A stretch of DNA of 64,000 bases, taken from contig JAANOX010000037.1 in NCBI GenBank assembly GCA_020184695.1, positions 310,001 to 374,000 of the forward strand, written 5' to 3'. Positions 9,201 through 19,643 of the stretch are shown here, one piece after another. How positions within the stretch are numbered: position 1 is the stretch's first letter; the number at the start of each line of letters is the position of its first letter. The DNA comes from Histomonas meleagridis 2922-C6/04-290x (lineage: Eukaryota > Protista > Parabasalia). The notes under the pieces are model-generated. The model ran no database searches and was not told the origin of the DNA. It saw only the letters and a program-made list of their open reading frames with translations. The translations under genes were made by a program, and so were the position numbers.

Positions 9201-12200
9201 CGTAATGATTGTGAAATTCTTTCAGCTTTTTGAGCTTTAGTAGAAATCAATTCTAAATTTATTGGTAATTCATTATCTATAATTTCGATTAATTCTAATG
9301 TTGATAAGAAATGACGTAAAACATTACGTGGAGTATTATGATATTTAAATATTTTATAGAAAAGTTTAACAATTAAATTATTTCCAATGTTTTTATATTG
9401 ATAATATAATAATGTTAATACTATTGGATATAATTTATCTTTAATTCCAATATGTTTTTCAATTATGTTCTCACATGTAGAAATAGCTCGTGATGAAGAA
9501 TTACGTATTAATAATCCGAAGAAGTCATCACACCATTTAACCCATTGTGATTCATCGAAATCTGATTTAGGCATTGAGAAATCAATTAATTGGAATTCTG
9601 TTTGATGAATGAAATTATTATTTTTCGTAATAGTTTTTTTAGGTGAATTTTGATTAGTATTATCAAAAATAGTTTTTTGTAATATAATTTTAGGTATTGG
9701 TTCATTTGAATTTAAACATACTATATAAGCAATTAAATCAGTAGAACTAAACAAGTTAAATACTTTCGATAATTGTGGAACATAAATTAGAAATTGTTCT
9801 TTTAAATGTATCCCAATAATTAATATAATTTCAAGTAATTTCTCATGTAAATTCTTATTAATTTGAGCAATTTGTATCATAGTTCTTAATAATTGTGTTG
9901 AATATTTTTGATTATTATCATTAATTAAAATCTCTTTAAAAGTCACTAAAACATTATCAATTTTTTCATTCGCATGAAATGATAACCATTTTAATATTGG
10001 TGGATAAATTATATAATCGATGTTTTTAATATATTTACCAAATGATATAATACCCAACAAATTTGAATTTATGTTTTGAATGTTTTGATTATCTAAATCA
10101 TCTACAAAAACTTTTGCGATTTTCGGTAAAAATGGTAAATAAGAATCAGGCAAATATAACATTAACCAATTAGATATACGTATTAACAATGATTGATCTA
10201 ATTTCTTCCAATTATTACATATTAAGTCAACAATATAAGGTACTAAAGGTTTAAAACTATCACCTAAAACAGTAATTAATGTCGACATATTTTTGATTAA
10301 TATTAATATCGTTGAAACACTATTAGAAGTAATTAGTTTTAATATTTTCTCCATAATTTCTGATTCTAATTCATCAATGATCATTAATCGATGAGCGCGT
10401 AATATGTTTAATAATGATTCAATTGCTATAGTATGTATTGTCGATTGAGTTTCATCAGATAATATATCTAATAATGTTAATGTAGTTATACCGATTGATG
10501 CCATTGTTAATCCTTCGATAATATTTTTGGAGGTGTAATTAATCAAATATTTATTCGGTGTAATTATTTTAATTTTTTTTTGGTTTTTGTTTTTTAATTG
10601 TAACTTCTCTATAAAAGTAGGTGATAACCCACCGATGTTATTTAATAATTTTAATAATTTGATTGATGATTTCGATGATATTTGTAAATTCGAATATTGT
10701 AACAATAGAATTATTAAGTCCGAATATTTCTCATAAATTTTATACTTCAAATTCGTATATTTTAATGATGTTAATAATAATTCCCAAATAGATTTAATAC
10801 GTTTTGGTGTTGAATAATTTAAATTATTACGAATTAAATTCACTAACAATTTAATGTTCGCTGATTTCGGTGATAATTTGATTATTTTCGATAACAATTT
10901 AATCGATGTCGTTGGTAATATTTGTTTCGAATTTAATAAGTATTGAATAAAAAATGGAGAAAATATTATTAACAAATGCTTGACATACGTTGAATAATTG
11001 GTGTTCTTGAATGACTCCTTCGATATGATCAAAAAACATTTAATATGTTCCTTATAAATATCTTTCGAATGTTCAATGTCATGAATTTTTTCGGTTAGGT
11101 AACTTTTTAAGAGGATTTGTGACTCTTTGAAATACGATATTTTTGTGATGAAATTCAATGCTTTCAAACGTATCGTTTGTGAAGTGTCATACAATAGAAA
11201 CTTTAACGAATTTAATATTTTGGTGTTTGTCGGCTCTAAATTTAAATTTATCATCAAGTGTTCCCTTAACTCACTGTTAGTTTCTGTTGATATTATACTT
11301 AAAATACGTAATAAGATATCAATTGTCGGAATTTGTTTCTGATAACTTAAAATAAATTTCGATGAAATTTGTCGTATTTTTAAATGTGGATTCCCCATAT
11401 GTAATGAATACATTAGAATTAATTCTGGAGAAAAATATTCTTTCGAAATATTCATCAGATATAACGAATGAAAACAATCATAAATTAAGTTCGGATCGGA
11501 ATTATCATTTAATAATATATCATTAACACTTGAAATTACTTTCTTATATAAGAATTCCTTATATTTAGGGAAAATTTGACTAAGTAAATGTAGGCCGTTT
11601 GTGATAAAACTCGTTAACGGTATCGTAAAAATCAAATTCAATTCATTTGTGATGTCTTCATTCGAATTCGTGACCGTTAACAACGAACAATAACAAAAGG
11701 CCGTTTGTTCGCTGTCTATCGGCTCTATCAATTTTTTGCACTTTTCGAGTTCACGTTTTTCGGTTTTTGTAAAGTCGCATCGTCGAACAAATATATAATT
11801 CCCAAATCCAATTAGAGCTTCATTACGATTTGGTGCTTTACGTTTGATAAGTGATGAATATGATTTAATAATTCGTTGATTTATCTCTTCGGTAAATGAT
11901 GAAGGAGAACATCGATAACAGATTGGTAAAAACTTATAAATCGGTAAACGCATCTGAAGCTCACGTGATTCAAGGAAGGAAATGGGGATATTATTGAAAT
12001 TGAAATAACACGAATTTTGGATATCCAAATCAATGATGGTTTGAATGGCTTCGCATGTGCCTTCTATAAAGGATGGAACCGTGCATGAGTTTGAGAGAAT
12101 TTGGCATAACTGTTTGATTGGGAAATTTGTGGAAATAGTTAGCACGAGTTTAAGAGCTTGTTTCGCAACAGAAAAAACTTTCGGAGATGAGAACTGAAAT

Positions 12201-12754
12201 CCAATTGCAAATGCTTGGATGAGTTTAGAGTCGGAAATTGTTCGTTTATCTGGGAAATTTTTATACAAAATCGATATTATATTAAAGACTGTGATAGCTT
12301 TGGATTCGTCTGTTGGCGTTATTGTTGATATTAAATTTGTGTAAGGTAAAAGAATTTGTTCCATTGACTTTGGTATTGTTTTATTGAGCCACCGTAAAAC
12401 ATGTTCAAGTGAAATCCAATAAATTGGATTAGTGTCCTGTGGTAAGCTTTTAATGAGGAACGAAATTCGATTTGCTTTTGTAATTTTATCGCCGATATCG
12501 ATATTAATGATTGCATCAATAATAATTATAGCAATTGTTGGGCTTTCAATGTTTTTGAGTTCACCTAATAGATCTGTGTATAGTTCATTGACAAGATTCC
12601 GTTCTTGTTGAATTAAATATTGATTTCGAATAAATGATTGAAATCGATGAATGTACTGTGAGAACTCATAGCTTCCATAGTCGAGCTGCTTTTGTGATAT
12701 AACTGTTAAAAATTTACGGATTTTTACAATAAAGTCTCCAGTGTTTTCATTCAT
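6212..12754 (-). CDS. TOR: Target of rapamycin (TOR) PIKK kinase
   Basis: FRB (WWEIWHSQIEEASRAY), kinase (SKQRPRK, LLKANEDTRLDERVMQLF, LGDRHLCN, HIDFGDCFE) and FATC (LCMMFRGWYPWW). First in-frame ATG is at 12754. Confidence 0.95.
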   Translation of the reverse strand: MNENTGDFIVKIRKFLTVISQKQLDYGSYEFSQYIHRFQSFIRNQYLIQQERNLVNELYTDLLGELKNIESPTIAIIIIDAIINIDIGDKITKANRISFLIKSLPQDTNPIYWISLEHVLRWLNKTIPKSMEQILLPYTNLISTITPTDESKAITVFNIISILYKNFPDKRTISDSKLIQAFAIGFQFSSPKVFSVAKQALKLVLTISTNFPIKQLCQILSNSCTVPSFIEGTCEAIQTIIDLDIQNSCYFNFNNIPISFLESRELQMRLPIYKFLPICYRCSPSSFTEEINQRIIKSYSSLIKRKAPNRNEALIGFGNYIFVRRCDFTKTEKRELEKCKKLIEPIDSEQTAFCYCSLLTVTNSNEDITNELNLIFTIPLTSFITNGLHLLSQIFPKYKEFLYKKVISSVNDILLNDNSDPNLIYDCFHSLYLMNISKEYFSPELILMYSLHMGNPHLKIRQISSKFILSYQKQIPTIDILLRILSIISTETNSELREHLMINLNLEPTNTKILNSLKFLLYDTSQTIRLKALNFITKISYFKESQILLKSYLTEKIHDIEHSKDIYKEHIKCFLIISKESFKNTNYSTYVKHLLIIFSPFFIQYLLNSKQILPTTSIKLLSKIIKLSPKSANIKLLVNLIRNNLNYSTPKRIKSIWELLLTSLKYTNLKYKIYEKYSDLIILLLQYSNLQISSKSSIKLLKLLNNIGGLSPTFIEKLQLKNKNQKKIKIITPNKYLINYTSKNIIEGLTMASIGITTLTLLDILSDETQSTIHTIAIESLLNILRAHRLMIIDELESEIMEKILKLITSNSVSTILILIKNMSTLITVLGDSFKPLVPYIVDLICNNWKKLDQSLLIRISNWLMLYLPDSYLPFLPKIAKVFVDDLDNQNIQNINSNLLGIISFGKYIKNIDYIIYPPILKWLSFHANEKIDNVLVTFKEILINDNNQKYSTQLLRTMIQIAQINKNLHEKLLEIILIIGIHLKEQFLIYVPQLSKVFNLFSSTDLIAYIVCLNSNEPIPKIILQKTIFDNTNQNSPKKTITKNNNFIHQTEFQLIDFSMPKSDFDESQWVKWCDDFFGLLIRNSSSRAISTCENIIEKHIGIKDKLYPIVLTLLYYQYKNIGNNLIVKLFYKIFKYHNTPRNVLRHFLSTLELIEIIDNELPINLELISTKAQKAERISQSLRISEELFNKFDNSQTEKLIILNQQLNLPLAANGILRVAALRGISTTQAILAERLGLWEDALELYQLELNNDPNNRQLYKGKLNCLKALSQYKELKEASLNNNFPIYLAISEYRMFEYDEFMDTVSTNLLNNTTTDGLFLRSLYHIMKNEYNDVKDLIKQIRIQFINRIFPMIFEDYEQIYNEFYKVCFTTEIEEVIKYKKLTKKLNNFFNSNKENISNDLYRIRKTWEIRFNHLPDNPSIMHLSLCIRSLVLTPKEQKLQWIKFLDTALKHQRYELLSNTFNYLKKNLNEFDSDFKLIYSRHLQSEDYIEEAIKELPINNIESYYLLSQWFMESKNYNEARINLLKVINNKNNYNITIEQYSLWSQINFILFEQTKNNSYLIDSLNGLIKGIIINISNSLPITLRILSILFRNGNKEIYNKFQQNISLLPLHIWIDVLPQIIARSNSNDKELKSLIENLLLLIGNKQPQLILYSLLVPLKNELSERQKLAKFIFDKLNYKYPKIVNQILIFSNELIRVASTWWEIWHSQIEEASRAYVMRKNKQEMIDLLIPTHKIISIKPLTFYEIMFTRQFGNVLNIAQSWLNKYNETKDDNCLLQAWTIYIQIFHQIKPILNELTTVKLNDASPELLNLQNTELFVPGTFEINKPLIKLIGIDSEMSIIKSKQRPRKMNLLGSNGQKFTFLLKANEDTRLDERVMQLFTLVNSIITQSSIPLKDKLTITTYKVIPLTNEVGLIGWVQNCNTLYDLVKMNRKKNEIPLEIEYQTTIKNCSKFDTMPLSDEKIEAFNIGLKSNNANDLKNLMLSMADDSNHWIERRTLYTTSLSITSMIGYILGLGDRHLCNIMIKKRSAKLVHIDFGDCFEVAMHRDKFPEVVPFRLTRMLQNVLEVSKIEGTFRSCCQNVMKLFRENGEQLHDLLEVFIYDPLLQWMVSNDENERGESKWAINIINRIDDKLKGKELKKGKITPVVDQVDHLIKEASDPKNLCMMFRGWYPWW

Positions 12755-14345
12755 ATGTCGACTTTTTGTATGGCTTTGAGGAAGTGGGCTGTCACTTTTG
12801 AATGTAATTTTGTACAAAACTTGAAGTAAAATTTAAACTCATTGTTAAATCATGTTTATTATTTTATTTTACACTGAAAAATTCAAAATTTATTTGTTTT
12901 TTCTGAAGTTGATGTATCTAATAATAAATGTTTGAAAATATTACGTTTCAATGATTTGCAATATTTGTTATAACAATGATATCATTGATTATCAGTATTG
13001 TAACCCTGAGGGTGAATCCCGGTATCGCTATATCAGAAGCCATCCCTAAATTAGGATGAAGAATAGAATGAATGATGCATCATTTATCCTTGTTAGGAAT
13101 GCATCATTTTAAATTAAATACCAAAAGTTAAAAATATAAATATTTTGACGTATTATCATGTTAGAAAGTTTTTTAGTATAGTCTGATCTTGCTATATCTC
13201 CCTCGAGAACTATCGGTAATTTCAATGAGAAATGGCGGGCATTTTTCCAAATCAATTATGATTCGAGTTAAATGATTTATATTATGCAAAATCATTATTT
13301 GTTTAAGTTCTACAATTCATATTTTATCTAATATTATAAGTGCGCTTTCCATTCTTTAACATTTCTTTGCATGAAAATGAAAATCAAAAAAGTTTTTACT
13401 GATAAACTTTTTGTGAAGATAACGATTATTCATTATGGAATGTTATGTGAAAAAATCAATGTTTTTTGGATGCCGGCACTTTTGTAATAAAGAAATAAAA
13501 ATATTAGTGACATCCGGCTACCCGATACCCACATGGGAAATTATCGAATAACGACCCAGTACGAACTGAGGCTCTGATGTAGAACGCCCTCCATTTTGCG
13601 GTTTTTGAACGATAGGAAATTTGAGGAAAAATAGAAATGCCACGTTAGGGCACCCCATTCACCATCCCGTCGGCCGGTTTCGATCGTTATCCATTGAAAA
13701 ACTTCGTTTTATTAAACTCATTTGTGTGTATAAAATATAGCATAAACCACAAGGTAAGTTGATTAAATATATTCATAATAAATATAAAATATAAATAAAA
13801 TCTATTCTCCCATTTTTTCCCCTCAGGCGGAAGCAAAAATAGGCCATCAGAGAAATCCGCCAACCCCAACATAATTTTTATATATCACTAAAAACAATTC
13901 ACAGTAATTTTTTATCTAAAATGGTGACTTTAAAGGCAAAAATGTGTTACAACTGTTGTCAGAAGGTAACATTCATCATATTTATATGTTTAGAATGATG
14001 AAATACAAAATGTACATTGAGATAAATCAATTATTTAATTTTGACAGCGTATTTTCTCATCACAGAGTTATAATATAAGCTTGACATTTATGCCATCTAT
14101 AATACAAGCTATACCCTATTTATTTGTTTCTTTATTTTGTTTGTATCTCTGTTACTTATATTTTCTGTTAGACGAACAGAGCTCTTACAAAAAATGAAAG
14201 TGCTTTCAAATTTCAATAAATTTAATTCAACTTTTTCAGTTCAAAACGATCAATTTACTAAAGTCAAGAAGAACGTTAATTAAAATGCACCTATTATTTT
14301 GACTGAGTTTGTTTGTAGCACTTTTCATTCTCCTTTTCATATCAC

Positions 14346-15740
14346 ATGAGTATAAGACAACTTCTTGAAGCAGATCCTGATGCAGGTATGGCTAAATTCG
14401 AAGAGAAAATAAAGCCTCTTGGATTATCTCAAGGCGCCCAAAAGAAATTAATCTCTATGTTTAAATCAGCATTTCTTTCAGGGAACATTGAAATTGATTG
14501 GAACAAAGTTATTCCTCTTAAGGACGAAGAAATGTTTCCTTATGACCAAATTCCAGAGCCTGAAAACCCACAAGAAATCTTAAAACAATTAATTGTTGTC
14601 AAATTAAATGGTGGTCTTGGCACTACAATGGGATGCACTTGTCCTAAGTCACTCATTGTTTGTCAAAATGGTCAAACATTCTTTGACATTGTTGTTGATC
14701 AATTGAAAGATTTTAATTCACGTTATAATGTTGACATTCCACTTGTTCTCATGCACTCATTTAACACCGACAAACTTATGGAGCCTGTTATTGAGAAAGT
14801 ACAAGGGCTTAAAATCATCACATTTAATCAAAACAAGTTCCCAAGGATATATGAAGATACATATGAGCCAGTGCCAACATCTCCAGACTCACCTTTATCC
14901 ATGTGGAATCCTCCAGGCCATGCCGATGTTTATCATTGTCTTGATGAGTCTGGTCTTTTGGATCAATTCATCCGCGAAGGCAAGCGCTACATGATGATAT
15001 CCAACATAGACAACCTTGGCGCACGTATTGACCTCAAAATATTAAACAAAGTACTCAAAGATGACATTCCATATGCATGCGAAACTGTTGATAAAACCCC
15101 AGAAGAATGGAAAGGTGGCATGCCCATATACTATGAAGGACATTTAAAGCTTTTAGAAACTGCACAAGTCCCACCCGATCATATGGACGATTATGTTGCA
15201 ATTCATTATTTCCATGCGAATAACTTATGGGTTAATCTCTTACAACTTAAGGAAGCGATCCAAAACGACACATTAAAAATCGATGTCATGAAGAACTATA
15301 AAACATTCGAAGGCCGAAAAGTGATACAGCTTGAATCTGCTTGTGGATCAGCAATCCAAAGCTTCGAGCGCTCGATTGCTATTAAAGTCCCAAGAAGAAG
15401 GTTTATGCCTGTTAAAGCATGTAACGAGTTGTTGCTGATGCGCTCCGACTTGTACATCAAACACGAAAATTCAGAGCTCCTTTTGAATCCTAAACGTACA
15501 ACCAGCGGTTTGCCAGCGGTGTCGTTAGGAAAAGAGTTCCAAAGAATTGAGGACTTCGAAAAGAGGATTAAGTGCCCGCCAAGTATCTATAACTTAAAGA
15601 AACTTGTTGTGGAGGGCGATGTGATATTTGGTAAGAACATTGTGCTTGAGGGTGATGTGATAATTAAGGCTGAGAATGGAAAGAAATTGGTTTTGCCTGA
15701 TGGATTAGTGCTGAAAGATTGCACTTACAATGGTGAATAA
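14346..15740 (+). CDS. UGP: UTP--glucose-1-phosphate uridylyltransferase (UGPase)
   Basis: VVKLNGGLGTTMGC..PKS, WNPPGHADVY, SNIDNLGA, LLETAQVP, VPRRRFMPVK motifs. Confidence 0.95.
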   Translation: MSIRQLLEADPDAGMAKFEEKIKPLGLSQGAQKKLISMFKSAFLSGNIEIDWNKVIPLKDEEMFPYDQIPEPENPQEILKQLIVVKLNGGLGTTMGCTCPKSLIVCQNGQTFFDIVVDQLKDFNSRYNVDIPLVLMHSFNTDKLMEPVIEKVQGLKIITFNQNKFPRIYEDTYEPVPTSPDSPLSMWNPPGHADVYHCLDESGLLDQFIREGKRYMMISNIDNLGARIDLKILNKVLKDDIPYACETVDKTPEEWKGGMPIYYEGHLKLLETAQVPPDHMDDYVAIHYFHANNLWVNLLQLKEAIQNDTLKIDVMKNYKTFEGRKVIQLESACGSAIQSFERSIAIKVPRRRFMPVKACNELLLMRSDLYIKHENSELLLNPKRTTSGLPAVSLGKEFQRIEDFEKRIKCPPSIYNLKKLVVEGDVIFGKNIVLEGDVIIKAENGKKLVLPDGLVLKDCTYNGE

Positions 15741-15916
15741 AAATTAATTTTGAGTAATGTTTTACATATAAATTACATAAAATGGAAATCTTTTCGAGTT
15801 TTTTCTCATTTTTATATGTTGTTTTAGGAAAAGAATTTAATACATTTTCTTTTTTATTTAATAATTTTTTAATGATTTAACTAGATGTTTTTTTATGATA
15901 AATTATATTATATAAA

Positions 15917-17536
15917 ATGATTTATATTTCAACAAAATCATATATTAATATGATTTTTAAAAATAATTTTCTTCCATTAATTTTTATTGTTTTTTTCATC
16001 AATACATATGAAATATTTTCCAAAGATACATCAACTCTTACAATTACTAATTTAAGTGAATTTGAAGAAAGATCAAAGTACAAAGATTTAACATTGCATA
16101 TTGTAATTGAGAGTGGTATTACAATTATAACAACAAATGCTTTTTATGGATGGAGGAATTTACTTTCAGTTATCATTGGTGATGGTATAATAGAAATTCA
16201 ATCTAATGCTTTTGGAACTTGTCAAAATTTAGAATCAATTATTTTTGGAAGAAATGTGCAGACATTTGGAGATCGTGTATTTCGGGATTGCAATAAATTA
16301 CAAAGTATAACTTTCCCTGATTCAGTTGCATCCTTTGGTAAAGATGTTTTTGCGGTATGCTCTGGTATTAAGTTTTATAAAGTATCGGAAAATAATCCCA
16401 ATTTTTGTAATTTCAATGGTGATGATGTTCTTTATGATAAAAATGTTCAAACTATTTTCTTTTATCCGGCAGGTAAAGAAAGGAAAACATATATAATCCC
16501 TTCAACAATTACTTCTATTAGAGATACATCATTTTATGCTTCTATTAATTTAGAAGAGATTATTAACGGTGATAATATTTCTAGCATTGGTTCTTATGCA
16601 TTTGGCCTTTGTTTAAGGCTAAAATCAATTTCTATATCAAATCAAGTAACAATAATCCCTCATGGTTTATTTTCTGCTTGTACTTATTTAACTACAGTAT
16701 TTATAGGAGAAAATGTAAAAGTAATTGAAATATATTCATTTTATTATTGCATTTCCCTTAAGTGTATTTCCTTTAATGGAGGAATAGAACCTGCAATTAG
16801 TGAAAATGCTTTTGATTTAGTTCCAAATAATATTATAATCATGGTATTAAATATATATCAAAATAAAACTTTTGGTAGATTCAGTATAACTAATGAAATC
16901 GTTTTTGGGTGTTTTGCAACAGATACATTTACAAACTCATTACCCTTTACTAATTCTAATACATTTACACAATCATTACCATTTACTAATTCTAATACAT
17001 TTTCACAATCATTACCATTTACAAATTCTAACACATTTATATTAGATAATTCTTTTGAAGTTTTTACTACATTGACATGTACATTAACATTAAAATTTAC
17101 TATATCATTTACAGGAGAAATTATAAATTATTTAGTTAGATCAAATACATGTGTCCTTTCAATGATGTCTTCTTCTTTCACTTATTTAATCACTGAATTT
17201 ATTTATTATAATTACACAGTCATTCATTATTCAACATATTTTTCTTTTTATTCGCATTTTTTCACAGTTTTAAGTCACAATCAACATATAATTGGAGAAA
17301 AGCATACAGATGGTAATGCTGTTATAATTGCTTTTAGTGTTTTAGTTGTTGCTTTAGTTATTTTCCTTCTTATTGTTTTGATTGTTCGTTTCCGTAAAAA
17401 AAATGAAAATGAAAATGTGCCAAGTGAATCAAATGAAAAAACTGATGAAACACTTTTTGTTGTTAACCAAATGCCAAATATAGAAGATGATCCATTTGTT
17501 AAAGATTTCAAGGAAGAAAGTTTTGTTAAAATATGA
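15917..17536 (+). CDS. BspA-like leucine-rich-repeat surface protein with S/T-rich stalk and C-terminal TM helix
   Basis: TpLRR repeats (I...AF..C..L.SI.I), FTNSNT stalk repeats, TM AVIIAFSVLVVALVIFLLIVLIV, acidic tail DDPFVKDF.EE. Confidence 0.88.
   Translation: MIYISTKSYINMIFKNNFLPLIFIVFFINTYEIFSKDTSTLTITNLSEFEERSKYKDLTLHIVIESGITIITTNAFYGWRNLLSVIIGDGIIEIQSNAFGTCQNLESIIFGRNVQTFGDRVFRDCNKLQSITFPDSVASFGKDVFAVCSGIKFYKVSENNPNFCNFNGDDVLYDKNVQTIFFYPAGKERKTYIIPSTITSIRDTSFYASINLEEIINGDNISSIGSYAFGLCLRLKSISISNQVTIIPHGLFSACTYLTTVFIGENVKVIEIYSFYYCISLKCISFNGGIEPAISENAFDLVPNNIIIMVLNIYQNKTFGRFSITNEIVFGCFATDTFTNSLPFTNSNTFTQSLPFTNSNTFSQSLPFTNSNTFILDNSFEVFTTLTCTLTLKFTISFTGEIINYLVRSNTCVLSMMSSSFTYLITEFIYYNYTVIHYSTYFSFYSHFFTVLSHNQHIIGEKHTDGNAVIIAFSVLVVALVIFLLIVLIVRFRKKNENENVPSESNEKTDETLFVVNQMPNIEDDPFVKDFKEESFVKI
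16921..17040 (+). repeat. 36-nt tandem repeat (TFT.SLPFTNSN) x3 in the BspA stalk
   Basis: ACATTTACA(A/C)A.TCATTACC.TTTACTAATTCTAAT repeated three times. Confidence 0.85.
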
Positions 17537-18381
17537 ATATAATTATTGTTAATTAAATATGAAACTATTTTGTTTGAAGTATATTTTAAATGCAATGATC
17601 TTAAAAATTAATGTCAATTAGAGGTAAATTGGAAATTAAAATATTGCAAAATTTATAAGTTATTTAAAAATTATGTGTTTAAATTGATATAACCTTCCAA
17701 AGAATTGTAATCTTTAATTCATATAATTTGATGAAATATTATTATATTTTTGAAATGCTTTGAGTTGATATTCTGTTAAATAAAATCTGTTTAAAATCTT
17801 CAAAACTATACCTGCTTCAGTATTTCTTCCTTTTTATTCAATGTTGTAGGTTAATTTCACATTAAAATTATTTCTAAATAAAAATCTTTTATTTTTTTTG
17901 AATTATTCATCCTGATTTTACTTTACTATCATGACCTTTCTTTTTGACATGAAATTTCATAATATTTTTTGAAAATATTAACCATATAAACAACTTTTTT
18001 ATTCTTTTGTTGAAGCTCATTCTTTTGATTATATAATACAATTGTATTCTCATTGATTATTTACATCAATTAATTTTTTTATTGAATAAAATATAAAATT
18101 CACTTAGCTAAAATAATAAAAACTGTTTTAATTTACAAAATATTTGACTTTTCCAAAACCTAATATGCTTAAACACTTTTTCTTGTATGATGCAAATTCA
18201 GTTACCGAAATAAAAATATTTTTTAATAATTAAAGAAACAATGGAACAAATCCTTACACTGGGTGATTAAAGATACAATATTCGAAAAAAAAATATTGAT
18301 TTTTAACTCTTATAACAATCTAAAAATATATGAATTATGAACCTTTTATTAAACAAAAACAAAAAATTTAATCAAAACAAA

Positions 18382-19206
18382 TCAAATTTGGAATGAATGC
18401 AGAGATTCTTGAGTTTTCTGGATCTCATTTTCAATTTGTTCTGCAATAAAATTCAGTTTTTCAAGTTTAGTTTTCTTTTGTTTAATTGTTTCACGAAGTA
18501 ATTTGATTTCGTTATCTTTTTTAGCAGTAGCAAATTCAATTTCTTTACATATTGCTAAATAATTTTGGAACGCATCACTTTCTCTAATTGTTTTCTGTGA
18601 TTGTATAACTTCTTGGATTTCATTTTTATATTTCCGCAGTTCCGATGCAAGCGAAGAAGAGTTTCTTTGCAAGTTGTGTATTTTTACTTTGTCTTCTTCT
18701 CTCTCAAATTTGCTATTGTTACGAATAAATTCTTCGGCTGTGTTACATTGCTTCTTCAACGCACGCTTTGTTTCTTTTAGTTGTTTTATTTTATCCGAAT
18801 TTGGTGATTCAGCTGCTTTGAAATCAAGAAGTTGTGTAAGTTTGATCATTAATCTTTGATTTTCTTCAGCAAGTTTTTTGATTTTAGGACTTGCTGTTTG
18901 CCCTTCTAATGAACTCTGTATAAGAGAATGAAAGTTTTGATTAACTTCCAGAAGTTTTTGCTCATTTGTTTGCTTTAATGCTTGAATTTGTTCGAATTGT
19001 TGACATAAATTTTTGATTTCATTCTCTTGTGAGTCAAGTTGTTGCATAAGAAGTGATTGTTGTTTTTCTTCAATTGAACTGAGTTTTGATGAATATTCTG
19101 TTAAGCGCGATACAAGACTTGAGCTTTGATCAAATGACCTATTCTGTGTGGCTTCTCTAGTAGTGTATGTGTATTGGTATTCACTACTCTTGTTTTTTGT
19201 TTCCAT
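18382..19206 (-). CDS. Hypothetical coiled-coil protein
   Basis: 274-aa ATG-started ORF, E/K/Q/L-rich with heptad character. Confidence 0.7.
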   Translation of the reverse strand: METKNKSSEYQYTYTTREATQNRSFDQSSSLVSRLTEYSSKLSSIEEKQQSLLMQQLDSQENEIKNLCQQFEQIQALKQTNEQKLLEVNQNFHSLIQSSLEGQTASPKIKKLAEENQRLMIKLTQLLDFKAAESPNSDKIKQLKETKRALKKQCNTAEEFIRNNSKFEREEDKVKIHNLQRNSSSLASELRKYKNEIQEVIQSQKTIRESDAFQNYLAICKEIEFATAKKDNEIKLLRETIKQKKTKLEKLNFIAEQIENEIQKTQESLHSFQI

Positions 19207-19643
19207 GGTAACTTTCCAATTTTTTTATTTTCTAACGTACGCGAAGCAGGATGTTGAAAATAAATCACTCCATTCTTATTCGTCAGTATCTTTTTAAACA
19301 ATATAAAAGAAAACATTGATGCTAATATTTGTTACCAGACTATAAATTTCAAAACAATAATAATTATGTATTCATCAACACATATTATTTCACACATATA
19401 ACATATGTAGTCAAAAACTATTGCTACCAAATGAATTAATTGTTTATTTATTTTAAATTAATAAAAAAAAATCTTATTCATTTTCTTTGAAAAAACACGA
19501 TTTAGTTTTCATTCCACGACCTTAGAAACATAAGTTTGGAAAACCCTTTTATTTATTATTTACCCATTTTATAGAGAGATTTACACAAACAAGAAATTTT
19601 TTTATTCAGCATACGTTAATTGTAAAATCTGGTTTTGAACCAA

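Noticed and set aside
13700-13870. U1 snRNA-like ACTTACCT (minus) and SRP-like TCAGGCGGAAGCA (plus)
   Set aside because: Only short motif matches; the required stems, U1A loop, Sm site and SRP helix 8 symmetry could not be built.
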